DNA of 18,632 nucleotides from Candidatus Methylomirabilales bacterium (GTDB lineage: Bacteria > Methylomirabilota > Methylomirabilia > Methylomirabilales > CSP1-5): NCBI GenBank assembly GCA_046758505.1, contig JBHIAH010000050.1, forward strand, positions 1 to 18,632, given 5' to 3'. The translations under genes and the position numbers were made by a program. The notes below the pieces were generated by a model. The model saw nothing but the letters and a program-made list of their open reading frames with translations, had not been told where the DNA came from and searched no databases. Of this stretch, positions 17,384 through 18,632 are shown piece by piece. Position 1 is the first letter of the stretch; each line of letters opens with the position of its first letter.

Positions 17384-18085
17384 TCAGTCGGCCCCCCCGC
17401 CCGGCTTCGCGGTCTTTTCCCCTGCCGCCTTCGGCTGGCTCTCTGCCGCTCCCTTGCCTACCTTTCGAACGGTGAGCAATCCTCCCTGAGGCCCGGGGAG
17501 CGCCCCGCGAATCAACAGCAGATTCTGACCAGGATCGCTCCGCACCACCCGAAGTCCCCGGACCGTCACCCGCGCTCCTCCCATTCGCCCAGGCATCCGG
17601 TGTCCTTTAAAGACCCGGGAGGGAAAGGAGGAAGCGCCGATCGATCCCGGGGCCCGATGAAACATGGACCCGTGACTCTTTGCACCACCCCGGTACCCCC
17701 ACCGTTTCACCCCTCCCTGGAACCCCCGCCCCTTCGAGGTCCCGGTCACGACCACCTCTTCCCCTTCGGCAAAGAGGTCCACCGTGAGGGTCTGGCCTAC
17801 GCCATACGCAGCCGCCGAATGAAGCCGGATCTCCTGGAGATGCCGCATCGGGGTCACCTTGGCCTTCGCGAAGTGGCCGCCAAGCGGCTTGGACACCCGC
17901 TTCGGCTTCTCCGATAGGTAGCCGACCTGGATTGCCTCGTAGCCGTCTTTCTCTACCGTCTTCTTCTGGACGATGGTACAGGGGCCGGCCTCCACCACGG
18001 TGACGGGAATCACCCGACCGCCCTCATCGAAGACCTGGGTCATTCCTACCTTGCGACCGAGAAGCCCGATCCCCATCTGCATCAT
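17384..18085 (-). CDS. rplC: 50S ribosomal protein L3
   Basis: GLLGRKVGMTQVFDE.G..IPVTV, SKGRGFQG.VKR, HRAPGSIG. Start may be the third ATG (18076). Confidence 0.99.
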   Translation of the reverse strand: MMQMGIGLLGRKVGMTQVFDEGGRVIPVTVVEAGPCTIVQKKTVEKDGYEAIQVGYLSEKPKRVSKPLGGHFAKAKVTPMRHLQEIRLHSAAAYGVGQTLTVDLFAEGEEVVVTGTSKGRGFQGGVKRWGYRGGAKSHGSMFHRAPGSIGASSFPSRVFKGHRMPGRMGGARVTVRGLRVVRSDPGQNLLLIRGALPGPQGGLLTVRKVGKGAAESQPKAAGEKTAKPGGGAD

Positions 18086-18086
18086 T

Positions 18087-18166
18087 CACGTCCGACGTCC
18101 AAGGTCCAACGTCCAACGTCAGTGACCACTCCCCTCTTTTCGACGTTGGGCTTTGGACGTTGGACC
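18087..18166. repeat. Heptamer tandem-inverted element (AACGTCC x5 / GGACGTT x4)
   Basis: cacgtcc gacgtcc aaggtcc aacgtcc aacgtca ... cgacgtt gggcttt ggacgtt ggacc. Confidence 0.85.
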
Positions 18167-18475
18167 CTAGAGTTTGATCTCGACGTCAACCCCCGCCGGC
18201 AAGTCGAGCCGCATCAGGGCATCTACGGTTTGCGGTGTCGGCCGCACGATATCCAGGAGGCGGATGTGGACGCGGACCTCGAACTGTTCCCGGGACTTTT
18301 TGTCCACGTGGGGGGAGCGGAGAACTGTATACCGGCTGATCTTCGACGGGAGGGGGACGGGCCCAGACACCCCTGCCCCTGTCCGCTCGGCCGTACTGAC
18401 GATCTCCCGCGCAGACTGATCCAGGATTCGGTGATCGTATGCCTTCAGCCGTATCCGAATCCGTTGGGCTTCCAT
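18167..18475 (-). CDS. rpsJ: 30S ribosomal protein S10
   Basis: [51 protein letters not shown]. Confidence 0.99.
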   Translation of the reverse strand: MEAQRIRIRLKAYDHRILDQSAREIVSTAERTGAGVSGPVPLPSKISRYTVLRSPHVDKKSREQFEVRVHIRLLDIVRPTPQTVDALMRLDLPAGVDVEIKL

Positions 18476-18494
18476 CCCTCTATCCGCTGTCCCC

Positions 18495-18567
18495 CATCAG
18501 CCATCAGCAGTCCGCCTTTCGATTCCCCGGGCTCATTGCTGACAACTGACTGCCGACTGCTGATTGC
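18495..18567. repeat. Heptamer tandem-inverted element (CATCAGC x3 / GCTGACN x4)
   Basis: catcagc catcagc agtccgc ... gctgaca actgact gccgact gctgatt. Confidence 0.8.
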
Positions 18568-18632
18568 CTACTCCGCGACCTCACTCACCACGCCGGCCCC
18601 CACCGTCTTGCCCCCCTCCCGGATGGCAAAGC
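18568..18632 (-). CDS. tuf: Elongation factor Tu, C-terminal fragment (5' part outside window)
   Basis: Manual translation FAIREGGKTVGAGVVSEVAE* matches the EF-Tu C-terminal signature; lies directly upstream of rpsJ. Confidence 0.96.
   Translation of the reverse strand, partial: FAIREGGKTVGAGVVSEVAE

Noticed and set aside
2698..17917. Long plus-strand ORFs (e.g. 6829-8370 513 aa, 2698-3819 373 aa, 13539-14510 323 aa, 8704-9582 292 aa)
   Set aside because: Antisense shadows of high-GC housekeeping genes, with no recognisable domains and fully overlapping well-supported minus-strand genes.
18476..18567. E. coli-type S10 leader/L4 attenuator before rpsJ
   Set aside because: The spacer is only 92 bp, is filled by the heptamer element and has no promoter or U-tract terminator. 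tuf-rpsJ contiguity is common in bacteria.

Overview
GC-rich bacterial window, almost all on the minus strand. It holds the 3' end of tuf followed by the S10-spc-alpha ribosomal supercluster: rpsJ, rplC, rplD, rplW, rplB, rpsS, rplV, rpsC, rplP, rpmC, rpsQ, rplN, rplX, rplE, rpsZ, rpsH, rplF, rplR, rpsE, rplO, secY, adk, map, infA, rpmJ, rpsM, rpsK, rpsD, rpoA, rplQ. rpmD (L30) is absent from its usual slot. Downstream of rplQ is a lower-GC accessory segment with a small double C-x4-H/CxxC protein, a Bacillus Des-like membrane fatty acid desaturase and a cold-shock protein gene (cut by the window edge). The csp gene has a near-consensus sigma70 promoter and a ~150-nt structured leader. The most unusual signals are: (i) ten intergenic junctions filled with degenerate tandem 7/8-mer arrays, mostly arranged as inverted arms and drawn from several unit families; (ii) the zinc-finger/desaturase pair, whose best Shine-Dalgarno sites both precede non-AUG (CTG/ATT) codons; (iii) a terminator-like hairpin inside the csp leader. 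The taxonomic impression (NC10/Methylomirabilota-like) is an unverified inference.
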